64,000 nucleotides of DNA from positions 21,948,001-22,012,000 of the forward strand of contig OX597831.1 in NCBI GenBank assembly GCA_951406725.2, written 5' to 3'. Position 1 is the stretch's first letter. Each line of letters opens with the position of its first letter. The notes under the pieces are model-generated. The model did no database searches and was not told the origin of the DNA. It saw only the letters and a list, made by a program, of their open reading frames with translations. Below are positions 1-13,716 of this stretch, one piece after another. Position numbers and translations under genes: made by a program. This stretch comes from Octopus vulgaris. Taxonomy: Eukaryota.

Positions 1-1950
1 TACATACACACACATATATACATTTTCATACATATATACATACACACATATATACATTTTCATACATATATACATACACACACATATATACATTTTCATA
101 CATATATACATACACACATATATACATTTTCATACATATATACATACACACACATATATACATTTTCATACATATATACATACACACACATATATACATT
201 TTCATACATATATACATACACACACATATAAACATTTTCATACATATATACATACACACACATATAAACATTTTCATACATATATACATACACACACATA
301 TAAACATTTTCATACATATATACATACACACACATATAAACATTTTCATACATATATACATACACACACATATATACATTTTCATACATATATACATACA
401 CACACATATATACATTTTCATACATATATACATACACACATATATACATTTTCATACATATATACATACACACACATATATACATTTTCATACATATATA
501 CATACACACACATATAAACATTTTCATACATATATACATACACACACATATAAACATTTTCATACATATATACATACACACACATATATACATTTTCATA
601 CATATATACATACACACACATATATACATTTTCATACATATATACATACACCCACATATATGCATTTTCATACATATATACATACACACACATATATGCA
701 GTTTCATACATATATACATACACACATATATATACATTTTCATATATATATACACACACATATATACATTTTCATACATATATACATACACACACATATA
801 TACATTTTCATACATATATACATACACACACATATAAACATTTTCATACATATATACATACACACACATATAAACATTTTCATACATATATACATACACA
901 CACATATAAACATTTTCATACATATATACATACACACACATATATACATTTTCATACATATATACATACACACACATATATACATTTTCATACATATATA
1001 CATACACCCACATATATGCATTTTCATACATATATACATACACACACATATATGCAGTTTCATACATATATACATACACACATATATATACATTTTCATA
1101 TATATATACACACACATATATACATTTTCATACATATATACATACACACACATATATACATTTTCATACATATATACATACACACACATATATACATTTT
1201 CATACACATATACATGCAAACACATATATACATATTCATACATATATACATACACACACATATATACATTTTCATGCATATATACATACACACACATATA
1301 TACATTTTCATACATATATATATACACACATATATATGCATTTTCATACATATATACATACAGACACATATATACATTTTCATACATATATACATACACA
1401 CACATATATACATTTTCATACATATATACATACACCCACATATATGCATTTTCATACATATATACATACACACACATATATGCAGTTCCATACATATATA
1501 CATACACACATATATATACATTTTCATATATATATACACACACATATATACATTTTCATACATATATACATACACACACATATATGCATTTTCATACATA
1601 TATACATACACACACATATATGCAGTTTCATGCATATATACATACACACATATATATACATTTTCATATATATATACACACACATATATACATTTTCATA
1701 CATATATACATACACACACATATATACATTTTCATACATATATACATAGACACACATATATACATTTTCATACATATATACATACACACACATATATACA
1801 TTTTCATACACATATACATGCACACACATATACATATTCATACATATATACATACACACACACGTATATACATTTTCATACATATATATATATACACACA
1901 TATACACATTTTCATAGACATATACATTTTCATACATACACATATATACG
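1..1950. repeat. ~36-bp minisatellite (CATTTTCATACATATATACATACACACACATATATA)n with higher-order variant blocks
   Basis: Unit recurs continuously from the window start; the overlapping long ORFs are its periodic translations. Confidence 0.97.
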
Positions 1951-2074
1951 CATAGGTACACAAAAACAGATACACACCCGAACCCCAGATTACCGCACTT
2001 TATTTTCAACATTCGCCCTAATCTCTCATGTATCAAACTTACGCGCACAAGCACAGACTCTCTCCCGCACCTGC

Positions 2075-2076
2075 TT

Positions 2077-2127
<51 letters not shown>

Positions 2128-2378
2128 CATGCATGGAAACGCGAGCATGCACTAGCATTCTCACGTGCACAGAGAGATACACTAACACATTGATTAAACA
2201 TATCACCACTCATACACACACACAAACACACACACACACATACGCATATATATTTACTTAACTATAACTACGTAATACACACGCACACACACACACACAC
2301 TGCAAGCACATACGCGCGGCACGTACGCATCCACAAGTATTCTCGCGGACCCACATCTGATACACACACACACGCACA

Positions 2379-2430
<52 letters not shown>

Positions 2431-3263
2431 CTCACGCACATACATACACACACGCGTGCATACGAACACGCACAAGTCTGATACGAGCTTACACACACCT
2501 ACCACATAAATACAGACACGCACACATTCATACACACCTAACACACGTGCTCACGCGCACACACACACACACACGCACAAACGCACGTACAGATGCACGT
2601 TCAAATGCACACAAGGATACATGCAACACATTCATACACAGCATTCTCATGCACGTGTGTACACATACACGCACACGTATTCACACGCACGCACAAAGAC
2701 ACACGCATTAACACGCGCATACACACACACTTACACACATCACACGCATGTTCTTATACACACTAGAGAAATATGCACACAAAATTACGCGTATACACCG
2801 GCATACACACACATGCATACACACACACACACACACACACACACGTATATACACACGCAATCACGCGCGTGCACAGCCGACCAGGTAATCTAAAAGCGGT
2901 CGTGCAATCTGCACAAAATAATAACGAAATCTTCCTCAAATCACATCATATCCTCTTCAAAGTAACCGAGGTAGTCCAAGGTAAACTTATCCGTGAAGAA
3001 AAGAAAGATGTGGTCACACCTGTCTCAAATCTGTCGAATCACGACAGACTTGGAACATAAATAAAACACACATACACACGCACGCACGCACACACACACA
3101 CACACACTAACACACACACACATACACACGTACACACACACACGTACACACACATACACATATACACGTACACACACACACACACACATACACACGTACA
3201 CACGTACACACACACACACATATACAAGTACACACACACACACATACACACGTACACACACAA

Positions 3264-3294
<31 letters not shown>

Positions 3295-3390
3295 AACAAA
3301 CAGACACGCACACATACACATATACACAAACAGACACACGCACACGAGCGTACACATACTCACAGACGTATATGCATACGCACGGTTCAC
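2075..3390. repeat. Degenerate (CA)n/(CACG)n microsatellite-rich tract
   Basis: Seen directly; interrupted by a non-repetitive stretch at about 2880-3060. Confidence 0.9.
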
Positions 3391-3569
3391 CTGCGTTGTT
3401 ATGGTTACTGTTTATGCGCCACAATGCATAACGTTGCCATGGATACCTGCTGTCTGTTCACACTACACAAGATGGCTCTGGATGTTGATGATGGCGAAAG
3501 GGGGGGAGGAGGGTTGTTGTTTCTATGGTAACTTTATCTCTTCCCGGTCGACATACTGCCAACATCTCG

Positions 3570-4070
3570 TCTCTTTTCTTTCTTTATTTCGTTCTTTCTT
3601 TCTTTCTTTCTCCGTTTCTTTCCTTTTTCTTTTTTCCTTTCTTTCCTTTTATCTTTCTTTCCTTCTTTCTTTCGTTCTTTCCCTCATTTTCTTCCCTTCC
3701 TTCTTTCTGTCTTTCTTCCTTTCTTTCTTTTTATCTTTCCTTCCGTCTTTCTGTCTCTCTTTCCTGTTTTCCCTCCTTCCTTCCTTCTGTCTTTTTTTCG
3801 TTCTTTCTTTCTTTCTTTCTTACCTTCTTCCTTCCATTCTTTGTTTCTTTTTATTCCTTCTATCTTCCATTCCGTCTTTCTTTTCTTTCCTTCCCTTCTG
3901 CTTCTTCTTCTTTCTTCTTTTTCTTCTTTGCCATCTTTCCTTCCTTGTTTCATTCCTTCTTTCTAACCCCTCCCCCTTTTTTCTATCACACTGTTCTTAT
4001 CTCTTTCTTCATCTCTCTCGCTCTCACGTCTTTTCTCCCTTGTACCCCTCTCTCTCTCTCTCTCCCTCTC
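3570..4070. repeat. Polypyrimidine (CTTT/CTTC) low-complexity tract
   Basis: Seen directly; explains the F/S/L-rich pseudo-ORFs. Confidence 0.95.
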
Positions 4071-4379
4071 ACCACACAATATAGTTACATGTAAAACTGA
4101 CGCATGCACAAAACATTCCCCCATGTGTTCTGAGTTCAAATCCCAACGAAGCCGACTTTACATTTCCTTCTCCGGGGGTTCAACAATAAGCTCTAACATC
4201 AAAAGATTACTATGACATCAACAATATACAAGCCAAGAGAAATATACAAAGACACACATATTTATACTACAAAACAGGCTTTAATTATAAATTGCAACAA
4301 TTGTTTCTGTACCGTTGTACGACCTTAAAGTAGCTGAGAATTCATCCTCATATCAACACTTAAATTTATTTCATAATTA

Positions 4380-4536
4380 GGCGTAAGAGTGGCTGTGTGG
4401 TAAGTAGCTTGCTTACCAACCACATGGTTCCGGGTTCAGTCCCAGTGCGTGGCACCTTGGGCAAGTGTCTTCTACTGTAGCCTCGGGTCGACCAAAGCCT
4501 TGTGAGTGGAATTGGTAGACGGAAACTGAAAGAATA

Positions 4537-4587
<51 letters not shown>

Positions 4588-4804
4588 CTGTGTATGTTTG
4601 TGTGTCTTGTTTGTCCACACCCACAAATATTGATGCTGGTTGTGTTTACGTTCCCGTAACATAGCGGTTCGGCAAAAGAGACCGATAAAATAAGTACAAG
4701 GCTTACAAAGAATAAGTCATGGAGTCGGTCGATTTGCTCGACTAAAGGCGATGCTCCAGCATGGCCACAGTCAAATGACTGAAACAAGTAAAAGAGTAAA
4801 AGAG
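4380..4804 (+). mobile_element. tRNA-derived SINE family A (CORE-like segment, internal TA/TG microsatellite)
   Basis: A box GTGGCTGTGTGG, B box GGTTCAGTCCC, CORE-like GGCACCTTGGGCAAGTG, tail ...GACTGAAACAAGTAAAAGAG; homologous copies elsewhere in the window. Confidence 0.85.
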
Positions 4805-5245
4805 TGAAACGTGATAAGATTCGGCAACAGCCGTGTAGTACTTTATCGAGCAGGTTGCTTTTAAGGCACTTAAAAGAAATCTAGCCGACGATGTACAAGC
4901 CTTTATATGAATTCTATACATTAACGGAGTTTCCACGTGCTTAACTGCTCAGGAAATAGACTTGCCCTATGATAGCATATCGTATGCAGGTTATGAGATT
5001 ATTGCCCAAATGATTTTGTGCGTATGTTTGCACGTATGCGAGTGTGCATGTGTGTATGTGTGACGTGTGTGTGTGTGTGACGTGTGTGTGTGTGTGTATT
5101 TCATTTGTGGTTAACAAGGCTACCAGTGGTTTCGTATCGACATAGAATTAAAGATAGTTGTGTTAACCCACAAAAAAAGCAATATTTATCCACCAATGCG
5201 ATATTGAGTACTCGTTCTTATTGTTCGATATTGACATGTATGTAA

Positions 5246-5311
<66 letters not shown>

Positions 5312-5368
5312 CTACATACATACATTTATATATATATATACACATACCTACATATATATGCATACATA

Positions 5369-5435
<67 letters not shown>

Positions 5436-5543
5436 ATATATATATTTATATATACATGTAGAAGGATGAAAAGGAACACACGAGTTGATATATATGGAAA
5501 AAAGTCAAGATAGAAAATGCTAAAACAATGTTATAAAAAACAG

Positions 5544-5585
5544 TTCAGTACCTGTTTCAGTCATTGTGACTTTTTCAACTGTAAC
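5544..5585 (-). ncRNA. Minimal type I hammerhead ribozyme motif (U3-A8 variant), inverted copy
   Basis: CAG-TTGAAAA-AGTCA(CAA)TGACT-GAAAC-AG-GTA-CTG; the stem III palindrome is broken by one substitution. Confidence 0.6.
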
Positions 5586-6047
5586 AATCAAACAATTAAA
5601 TTTAGAAAAATTAAAAGAAAAGTTTTTTAAAAGAATATTTGTATAGTGTTCAAATACAAATGGTATTTTCCTTGTTTCTGCCTGTCTCTGTCTCTCTTGT
5701 TTACTCTTGTGGGTTCGAGGTCGTTGTGAATTCTTGGCAGGGAAGACGAAGAAGAAGAATGTGGGAGTGCCATGGCACACCCACATCCTTCTTCTTCTTC
5801 TTCTTCTTCTTCTTCTTCTTCTTCTTCTTCTTCTTCTTCTTCTCCTTCTTCTTCTTCTTCTTCTTCTTCTTCTTCTTCTTCTTCTTCTTCCCTACCAAGA
5901 ATTCACAATGACTTCGAACCCACAAGAGTAAACAAGAGAGACAGAGACAGGCCGAAACAAGGAAAATGTTACTTGTATTTGAACGCTATACAAATATTCT
6001 TTTTAAAAACTTTTCTTCTAATTTTTCTAAATTTAATTGTTTAATTG

Positions 6048-6088
6048 TTACAGTTGAAAAAGTCACAATGACTGAAACCGGTACTGAA
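6048..6088 (+). ncRNA. Minimal type I hammerhead ribozyme motif (U3-A8 variant)
   Basis: CAG-TTGAAAA-AGTCA(CAA)TGACT-GAAA-CCGG-TA-CTG; 5-bp stem II, palindromic ACCGGT stem III, GUA cleavage triplet, short stem I. Confidence 0.72.
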
Positions 6089-6109
6089 ATCTGTTTTTTC
6101 TCCCTCGAA

Positions 6110-6877
6110 GAGAAGTTCTTGTCTGTCCTATATAATTATGTCCACAAACTGAACAAGTTATAAGACAAGTTAGATTCTCGAAAGCACACGTGAAGTTGAT
6201 TTTAATTGTGAACCTCTTTCCTTGTTTGAATTGGAATTCCGAGCCTTCCTTCAGGTTGGGGTAAGTTCCTCAGTTTGGGCGTCCACATTTTTTAACTATC
6301 GCTTTCGTGGTTCTTGAGTAAAGTTTCACATTTGTCAGAAGTCTTTTCGTTTTTGGCTCCCCAGGAAGCATTGGTAGATTGTGTAGAATAGTGTTGTATG
6401 CCTCATTGTTTCTAGTGTTGTGAGTTGATACATACAATAGTATTTTGAGATGACGTGTGGTGTTACGTTTGCTTTCCTTTAGTGTTTTAAGGCCTGGTTT
6501 TTTAGCACGTTTAATTTCGTCATCTATAAACGAGGGTGGATCGTCTCTCTCAATTAGTGTTGTTTTGAGGTCTTGAAGACGGAGGTCCCAAATATTTCCA
6601 TCAGACACTATTGTGCAAATCTTTTCGCTAAATTAAAGGAGATATTTTATTTGATGTGTTTCGTGTGACATGAGCTAAACAAAAGATATTGCTTCCTGTC
6701 TGTTGGCCTATGATAAACGTCAGTTACAATTTGGTTCTTGACTTTTTTATCATAATATCTAAGAAAGGGAGGTATTCTTTGCTATATTCCATTGTAAATT
6801 GAATGTCAGTGTTTAGTATTGATTTAGATTTTGAAAGTTTATCAGTAGTCTCATTCCAAATGATAAATCAGTCAGCC

Positions 6878-6880
<3 letters not shown>
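6110..6880 (-). pseudogene. Penelope-like element RT C-terminus/thumb, linker and GIY-YIG start, decayed
   Basis: ORF 6270-6608 (SDGNIWDLRLQDLKTTLIER...KKCGRPN) is homologous to ORF 11533-12075; downstream ITCSVCGHNYIGQT. Confidence 0.88.
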
Positions 6881-6930
<50 letters not shown>

Positions 6931-6932
<2 letters not shown>

Positions 6933-7144
6933 CCTTTCTACTAAAGGCACAAGGCCTGAAATTTTGGGAGAGGGGACCAGTCAGTTACATCGGCCCCAGT
7001 GTTTCAATGCAACATAATTTATCGACATCGAAAGAATGAAAGTAAAGTCGACCACGGCGGAATTTGAACACAGAAGATAAAAGCAGACGAAATACCGCTA
7101 AGCATTTTGTCCGGCGCGCCAATGATTCTGCTAGCTTGCCGCCT

Positions 7145-7146
<2 letters not shown>
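6931..7146 (-). mobile_element. tRNA-derived SINE family B inside a (TAA)n tract
   Basis: Head GGCGGCAAGCTAGCAGAATC, B box GTGTTCAAATTCC, conserved central core shared with other copies. Confidence 0.8.
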
Positions 7147-7194
<48 letters not shown>

Positions 7195-7196
<2 letters not shown>

Positions 7197-7548
7197 GACT
7201 AAAACAATACCTGTTGTCATAGGTGCCCTGGGAATGATAGCAAAAGGAGCTGATCGCTACCTAACTCAGATACCAGGAACCCCCAAAATGGCAGAAATTC
7301 AAAAGATAGTGCTCATGGGAACTGCTCATATCCTACGCATAACACTTTCTATGTAATCTCAAGTTTTAAAACAAACATAATTTTCTTTCTTTTTTTTTTG
7401 ACATTCACTAGTACAACACTAAATACAAAACCAAATATATGGCACACTAGGCATAACAACATCACGAACTTCCAACCTGTTGTCTCTTGAGGTCTCTTGG
7501 TGAGACTTGGAGCCAACTTGTACAAACATAAAGCAAAAGTCAAACATA
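7195..7548 (+). mobile_element. 3' end of an R4/Dong-clade non-LTR retrotransposon in (TAA)n
   Basis: Translates TIPVVIGALGMIAKGADRYLTQIPGTPKMAEIQKIVLMGTAHILR, typical of an RLE-LINE C-terminus; (TAA)n on both sides. Confidence 0.8.
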
Positions 7549-7549
7549 A

Positions 7550-7612
<63 letters not shown>

Positions 7613-8905
7613 GACGATGACGATGATGATACCATATAAATAGTTATCCTAAGTTTGCAACTTAAAATAATTAGTACCAATGTGTACAAACCTCATTGGG
7701 TACTCGTTTGTGTTAGCGCGATTCTTTGTGCCATAGCATCATAATCATACGTACCACTTCTTTTTCATGGGTAGATTCGCTGTACGCAACGGTTTAATAT
7801 AGGGGAGCGCGGAGCAATACCATTGAAAGGTCTCCACCGAAACGGACTTCAAATATGATTCGCTGGATAGAAATCACTGGCGATTTCATTAGATTATCAA
7901 AGACCGTATTTCTTTGATAATGGAATGCCTGTAGCAATGTAACTACTAAATTTAGTTTTAGAACGCGTGAGAATCCGTTAAATATTGACGATAATAAAAT
8001 ATTTGTTGTGACATATTTAATCTAATGAAAACTATAAATTTCATGTGAATTCCTGAGGGTATTCACTATAATCCAAAAAAGAATTTGACATCGTTATTGT
8101 CATTGGACATGTGGATGTTTCATCCGGCAAGATAAAAAATACGTTATATCATCGATATTAATGTTTTATTGTGACTTTTATCCAATAATATAATCGACAT
8201 ATATTTTTCAAACATTCTAGTGAGAACGCAAGCACGTCTACCAACCTAAAATATATTGTACGTGGGTGGTTATGAAGTCAAAGTCGAGTATTGAGCACTC
8301 AGTACACTACATTACGTTGAAGGACCACAAACAAGTTTTAACAGAAACTTTCAGTATAATTTGAGCTTGAATTAGGAACAGACAACAGTCATATCCTTGA
8401 AACAATTATTATGTGATTCAGTACGCCTTATTATATAATTAAATAAACATATCTTTTCTACATAGGTTTGTACGATGAAATATTAAAATGATTCTGTAGA
8501 AGAGAAAACGAACACAATTGCAAATACATGCAGTTTGACATCGCTCGTTTACTCCAATCAAACCTCTTTGAAACAAAACTCTGAATTTCGTTAACACCTG
8601 CGCACTAACTGTTGTAATTCTTGTAGTTCTTTATTGTGGCACCTGGTTTCAAAGAACGCAAACGGGTTATTTAATGTCAGATATGTTAACGCTCGCGTGT
8701 GCAAGTTCGTATGCGTGATATTTTGAAATAAAAACATTCGCTATATAAGAGGTGGCATTTACAGTAATGAAGGAGAATTGATGTCGAAAATATGAGACGA
8801 CATAACTCTCTCATATTTTCTGGTTTTAGGTATTAATATACAGTAGAACATCTGATCACGAATAAAGCGTACATTATCTCTAATCTTTCTCATATTCATT
8901 CAATA

Positions 8906-9192
<287 letters not shown>

Positions 9193-9200
9193 TATATATA

Positions 9201-10273
9201 GGATCTGTTCAGCTAGACTGACAGATTTTTAATTATTTTTTAACTAAACAGTTTGAAATTTCATTTAATGGGAGAATGCCACGTGCATAACACGGTTTAC
9301 TTTGAACACTTTCGACAAAATTTGGTATTTTAGAAGTTATTTCGTGTTAAAGGGGTCGCATTTGAGTAATTTCAACCAATCAACGACGTGTATTCAGGTG
9401 AAAAAATCTACTGCTGTTTGCGATAGCAATCGAAGAGGAACAACTTCTGAGTCATCTCTACTAAATGTCACTACTCTATTCTATTCGTATGTCGAGCGAA
9501 GATGATGCCACCTTTATCCTTTCTTCCCTTCTAGTCAGCACCGTGCATTCCTTACTCTTTCCCTCTCTTCTACACTATCAGCTAGCAACCAGCAAACGAA
9601 CTTGTCACTGCCACTGCAATTACCGTATTTTCCGGTGGAAAAGCCGCTATTTGTTTTGTTTTACGTTCATGTTTTGATAACGAAATTTTTAATCTAATAA
9701 AGACTTTTATATTGACGAAATGTGTTCGTTGTTGATTATAGTAAGATAAAATCATGACAATAACAATACATCACATAGTTGTAAAATTAGGCATTTTGAA
9801 ACCAATCAGCAACAAAAAAAGCTAGCTGCGGACTCGTAAATGTATAGTTCTTTTAAACACCGGTGCGCTTCATGTGTGGATAAAACTCCGATGTCGGGCA
9901 AACCAATATGTAAATAATATTTCTTCCTTCTTGGTGTTGATTCTTCGACGTTTACTGGTTACTACGACACGAGTAGAAATAATATAGAACATAATGGTAA
10001 CATTTAGTAGAGATGACCCGGAAATTGTTCCTCTTCGATTACCATCGCAAACAGCAGTAGCTTTCTTTAACTGAATACACGTCGTTGATTGGTTGAAATT
10101 ACCCAAATACAACTTTAACACGAAATAACTTCCAAAATACCAAATTTTGTAAAAAAAAATGTTGAAAGTAAACCGTGTCCTGCATAAGGCATTCTCTCAG
10201 TATACGAAGTTTCAAACAATTTAGTTAAAAAAGAAATTAATTAAAAAATCTATGAACCAAACTGAATAGATCC
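9201..10273. mobile_element. Non-autonomous DNA transposon (MITE) with ~290-bp imperfect terminal inverted repeats
   Basis: GGATCTGTTCAG...CTGAATAGATCC ends flanked by TA; 9201-9495 is the reverse complement of ~9965-10273. Confidence 0.82.
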
Positions 10274-10609
10274 TAAATGTATCATACCCAACGTATATTT
10301 GTGTATATACTTTTGTGAGTAACATTTAGGCATTTAAAGCTGTTGAATATGTTCTACTTTACATGATTTACGTTCTAAATCATTCGACCCGAGCTCTAAT
10401 ACATTTGACATCGGTTGGAGTCGTTATGTTTATTATATTCAAACGTTAATTCTGTTGCCTTTTTTGCTTCATAACATTTCATTAACGGTTTTACGTTCTG
10501 ATAATCAGACTAGTTTTCTCCTTTTTCTTGCTGGTAAATCTAGTCAATATACGTGTATATAATACGCAGTGCTGTGTGGTCATTCTATATATATATATAT
10601 ATATATATA

Positions 10610-12669
10610 GAAACAGACTACATCACGAACTTCAAATGTAAACCCAGTCTTTTTTATGGCCTCCCTAAAATACACAAAGCAAGCTAATCAATGAAGCCTG
10701 CAAACAATCACCAGGCAAATATATAAACACCCAAATGCCAGAAGACTTGACTTTAAGACCCATTGTAGCTGGGCCAGCCTGTGAAACCCACCGACTGAGT
10801 AATTTTCTAGACATCCTACTGAAACCCTTGCTGAAATACATCAAAAGCTTCATTAGGGATGATTTAGACATGTTAGAACACCTACCAAAAACGATTAATG
10901 AAGAAGCAGTATTGGTCACCCTGGATGTTATCAATCTTTACACAACATCCCCCATGACTATGGAATAGAAGCAATTAAATTCTGGTTGGAAAAGTACCCC
11001 GAAGTCCTGCCGGAACGCATAAACCAGACCTTTATTATTGAATCCTTAAAATTTATACTTCAGAACAATTATTTCCTATTTGATGACACATACTATCGTC
11101 AGAAATGCGGAATTGTGATGGGGACGAAAGCAGCTCTTGTTCTTGCGAACCTAATAATGGGTTGTTTTGAATTCACCCTATATGAAGTATCACTTCAGAA
11201 ATATGGTCACCCATTTTACCTCTACATAAGAGAAAATTGGAAACGATAAATGGATGACTGTTTTATCATCTGGAAGGAGAATATCGACAAACTTCTGGAT
11301 TTCAAAACAACACTAAATGACATAAATAGTAACATTCAATTCACAATGGAATATAATAAAGAACAACTTCCATTTTTAGACATCATGATGGAAAAAAGTC
11401 AACAATGAAATCATAACTGACATTTATTATAAACCAACTGACGCAAAACAATATCTTCTTTTTAACTCATGCCACCAGAAACACATAAAAATAAACATCC
11501 CTTTTAACTTAGTAAAAAGGATCTGCACAATAGTGTCTGATAGAACAACTCGGGACCTTCGTCTCCAAGACCTCAAAACAACACTTACTGAAAGACAATA
11601 TCCACCCTCTCTTATCGACGAGGGAATTAAACGTGCCAAACAATTAGACACAAAAACACTAAGAACAAAAATACATAGCACCACATCTCAAACCAAAACA
11701 TTACTTTTTATATCAACACACAACCCCAGAAACAGTGAGGCATTCAACACTATTTTGCAAACCCTCCCTTTACTAACTAGAGATCCAAAAATGAACGACA
11801 TCCTGAAAACACACAAACTCATCAAATGCAAAAAACAAGACAAATCGCTAAAGAGACTACTAACAAATGCGAAGCTTTACAAAACAACCACGAAACCAAC
11901 GGTTAAAAAATGTGGGAGCCCGAACTGTGGAACCTGCCCCCACCTGCTTGAAGGCTCGGATTTCCTTTTCAAACAAGGACAGAGGTTCACAATTAAAACT
12001 AGTTTCACCTGTGCCTCTGAGAACCTAATTTATGTAATAACCTGCTCGGGTTGCAGTCATCAGTACATTGGATAAACGAGTTTAACTTTGAGGAAGAGAA
12101 TCACTCTGCATAAAGAGCAAATCCGTTTCCCGCAATACAGACAAATTCCTCTTAGTGAACACATAGAAAAATGTGCAGGTAACATCAAACCAAATTTTAC
12201 AGTCTTCCCTTTATACCAGTGCAAAGACACAATCTCTCAACTAGAACGTTTAAATAAAGAAACTTTTTTTATTGAAAAATACAAAACGCGTCTTAATAAG
12301 CACGAATAACCAATTTTTATATTTTTACATATTACCTCACTGTACATAAATCCACTACTAAACAAGGCCCCCTTTCTGTCTCCTTTCTGTACACATTTAT
12401 TCGCCACCCAAAACCTAAACAGTTATCTCCCTTACACACAACAATAACAATAATAACAACCAATTACCTCGCTTTACTTGTCAACTTGTAAAATCATTCA
12501 CTCGTGAATTTCATTAGAAACAACATGGACCCATTTTCTTCTTAAGAAAAATATATTTTCATATATATTAAACATTGTATCATGAATAGCGATTGCGAAA
12601 CCGGTCGATACATGACAAATTATACAATAACCATGTAAGTGTGCGTATTTTCCGTTTTTATTTTATTTT

Positions 12670-12670
<1 letters not shown>
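10610..12670 (+). mobile_element. 5'-truncated Penelope-like retroelement (RT, Cys-rich linker, GIY-YIG, 3' pLTR), frameshifted
   Basis: LRPIVAGP, LVTLDVINLYT, GIVMGT, WKR*MDDCF, CGSPNCGTC, NLIYVITCSGCSHQYIG; (TA)n on both flanks. Confidence 0.95.
12576..12612 (+). ncRNA. Minimal type I hammerhead ribozyme motif (A3-U8 variant) in the PLE 3' pLTR
   Basis: TGTATC-ATGAATA-GC(GATT)GC-GAAA-CCGG-TC-GATACA; perfect 6-bp stem I, ACCGGT palindrome, GUC triplet, sense to the PLE ORF. Confidence 0.78.
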
Positions 12671-12716
<46 letters not shown>

Positions 12717-13150
12717 ATTTACTTTTATTCCATTATCAATTATTTTACTTCATATGTTTCATGTTTCCCTATATTCCACTAATTTTATATTTAACTTGCT
12801 GGGAGGTATTATATATTCAACTTTACACAATTTACTTATTACACTGCTTGCATATATATAAATTTTAAGCAGAACAAAATCAAAAAATAATTGGAAATTA
12901 CAGATAGGAAATTCAGAAGTCAAGATGTACTGGTGTCTCCACGTATCATTACAAGAAGCATTGTTCTTTAGGAATTTTTACAGTGAATGTCAATAATAAT
13001 GCTTGTTATGTACGTTTTGGAGCTTTTACACGAAATGTGACGAATATGTTGTACACGTGCAACTTTTACAAAATTAAACCTTTGAAAATCTTAAGACAAT
13101 GTATATTACCTATCTGTAAGATCATATGTCCGTGTGTAAATATGAATATA

Positions 13151-13716
13151 TTGGGTTGTCCGGAAAGTTCGTGCCGATTTATAGTAGCTTACCTTTCGAC
13201 TTATTTTAGAACATGGTTGAGTCCATAAAATAGGATTTGACTACATCTCCATTTAGAGCAGAGTTTAGGCTATCTTTTCGTGGAAGAAGGTTTATGTTTC
13301 TATAACCTGTGATAATTTTGTAACCCTTTAAAATAGAAGATAAGAAAGTTCATTTTCGGCATTTGATACTTTCGGAACCAGACAAACATTGCTACCGCTC
13401 GGTTGGGATTGGTTACTCCACCATCCATATTTACCGGATATTGCTCCTTCGGATTTCCACTTATTCAGGTCTCTGCAGAATAGTCTTAATGGTAAAAATT
13501 TCAATTCCTTGGATGATGTAAAAAGATACCTTGATGAATTCTTTGCCATGAAACCAGGTCAATTTTGGGAAGAGAGTATTTTTCAAGTTAAAGAAAGATG
13601 GAGACGCATTGTGCAACAAAATGGTTCATATTTGGTTGATTAAAAATGTAATGGCAAGTATTTATTGACCTTTTTCTTTCCTTTAAAAATCCGTACGAAC
13701 TTTCTGGATAACCCAA
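13151..13716 (+). mobile_element. Internally deleted mariner element
   Basis: TIRs TTGGGTTGTCCGGAAAGTTCG...CGAACTTTCTGGATAACCCAA, TA TSD; ORF 13389-13643 has HPYLPDIAPSDFHLF (YSPDLAPSD motif); N-terminal EDKKVHFRHL relic. Confidence 0.93.

Larger units (their letters stand above)
5455..6098. mobile_element. Fold-back Penelope pLTR-like module (arms ~5536-5770 / 5775-6098) centred on GTGCCATGGCAC
   Basis: Long inverted arms with (TTC)n expanded in one arm; each arm carries a hammerhead motif; abuts a PLE ORF relic. Confidence 0.8.

Noticed and set aside
26-2237. Long ORFs up to 431 aa
   Set aside because: Translations of the 36-bp minisatellite, which has few stop codons; no coding signal.
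2880-3060. Possible host exon between CA repeats
   Set aside because: Complex sequence, but no recognisable domain or convincing splice-site pair.
4290-4340. Hammerhead on the minus strand (GTAC-AACG-GTAC-A-GAAACAATTGTT)
   Set aside because: 5' core and stem I are not recognisable.
5105-5172. Hammerhead on the minus strand (GAAACCACTGGTA with flanking inverted repeat)
   Set aside because: The CUGANGA-equivalent segment is missing; at best a deleted relic.
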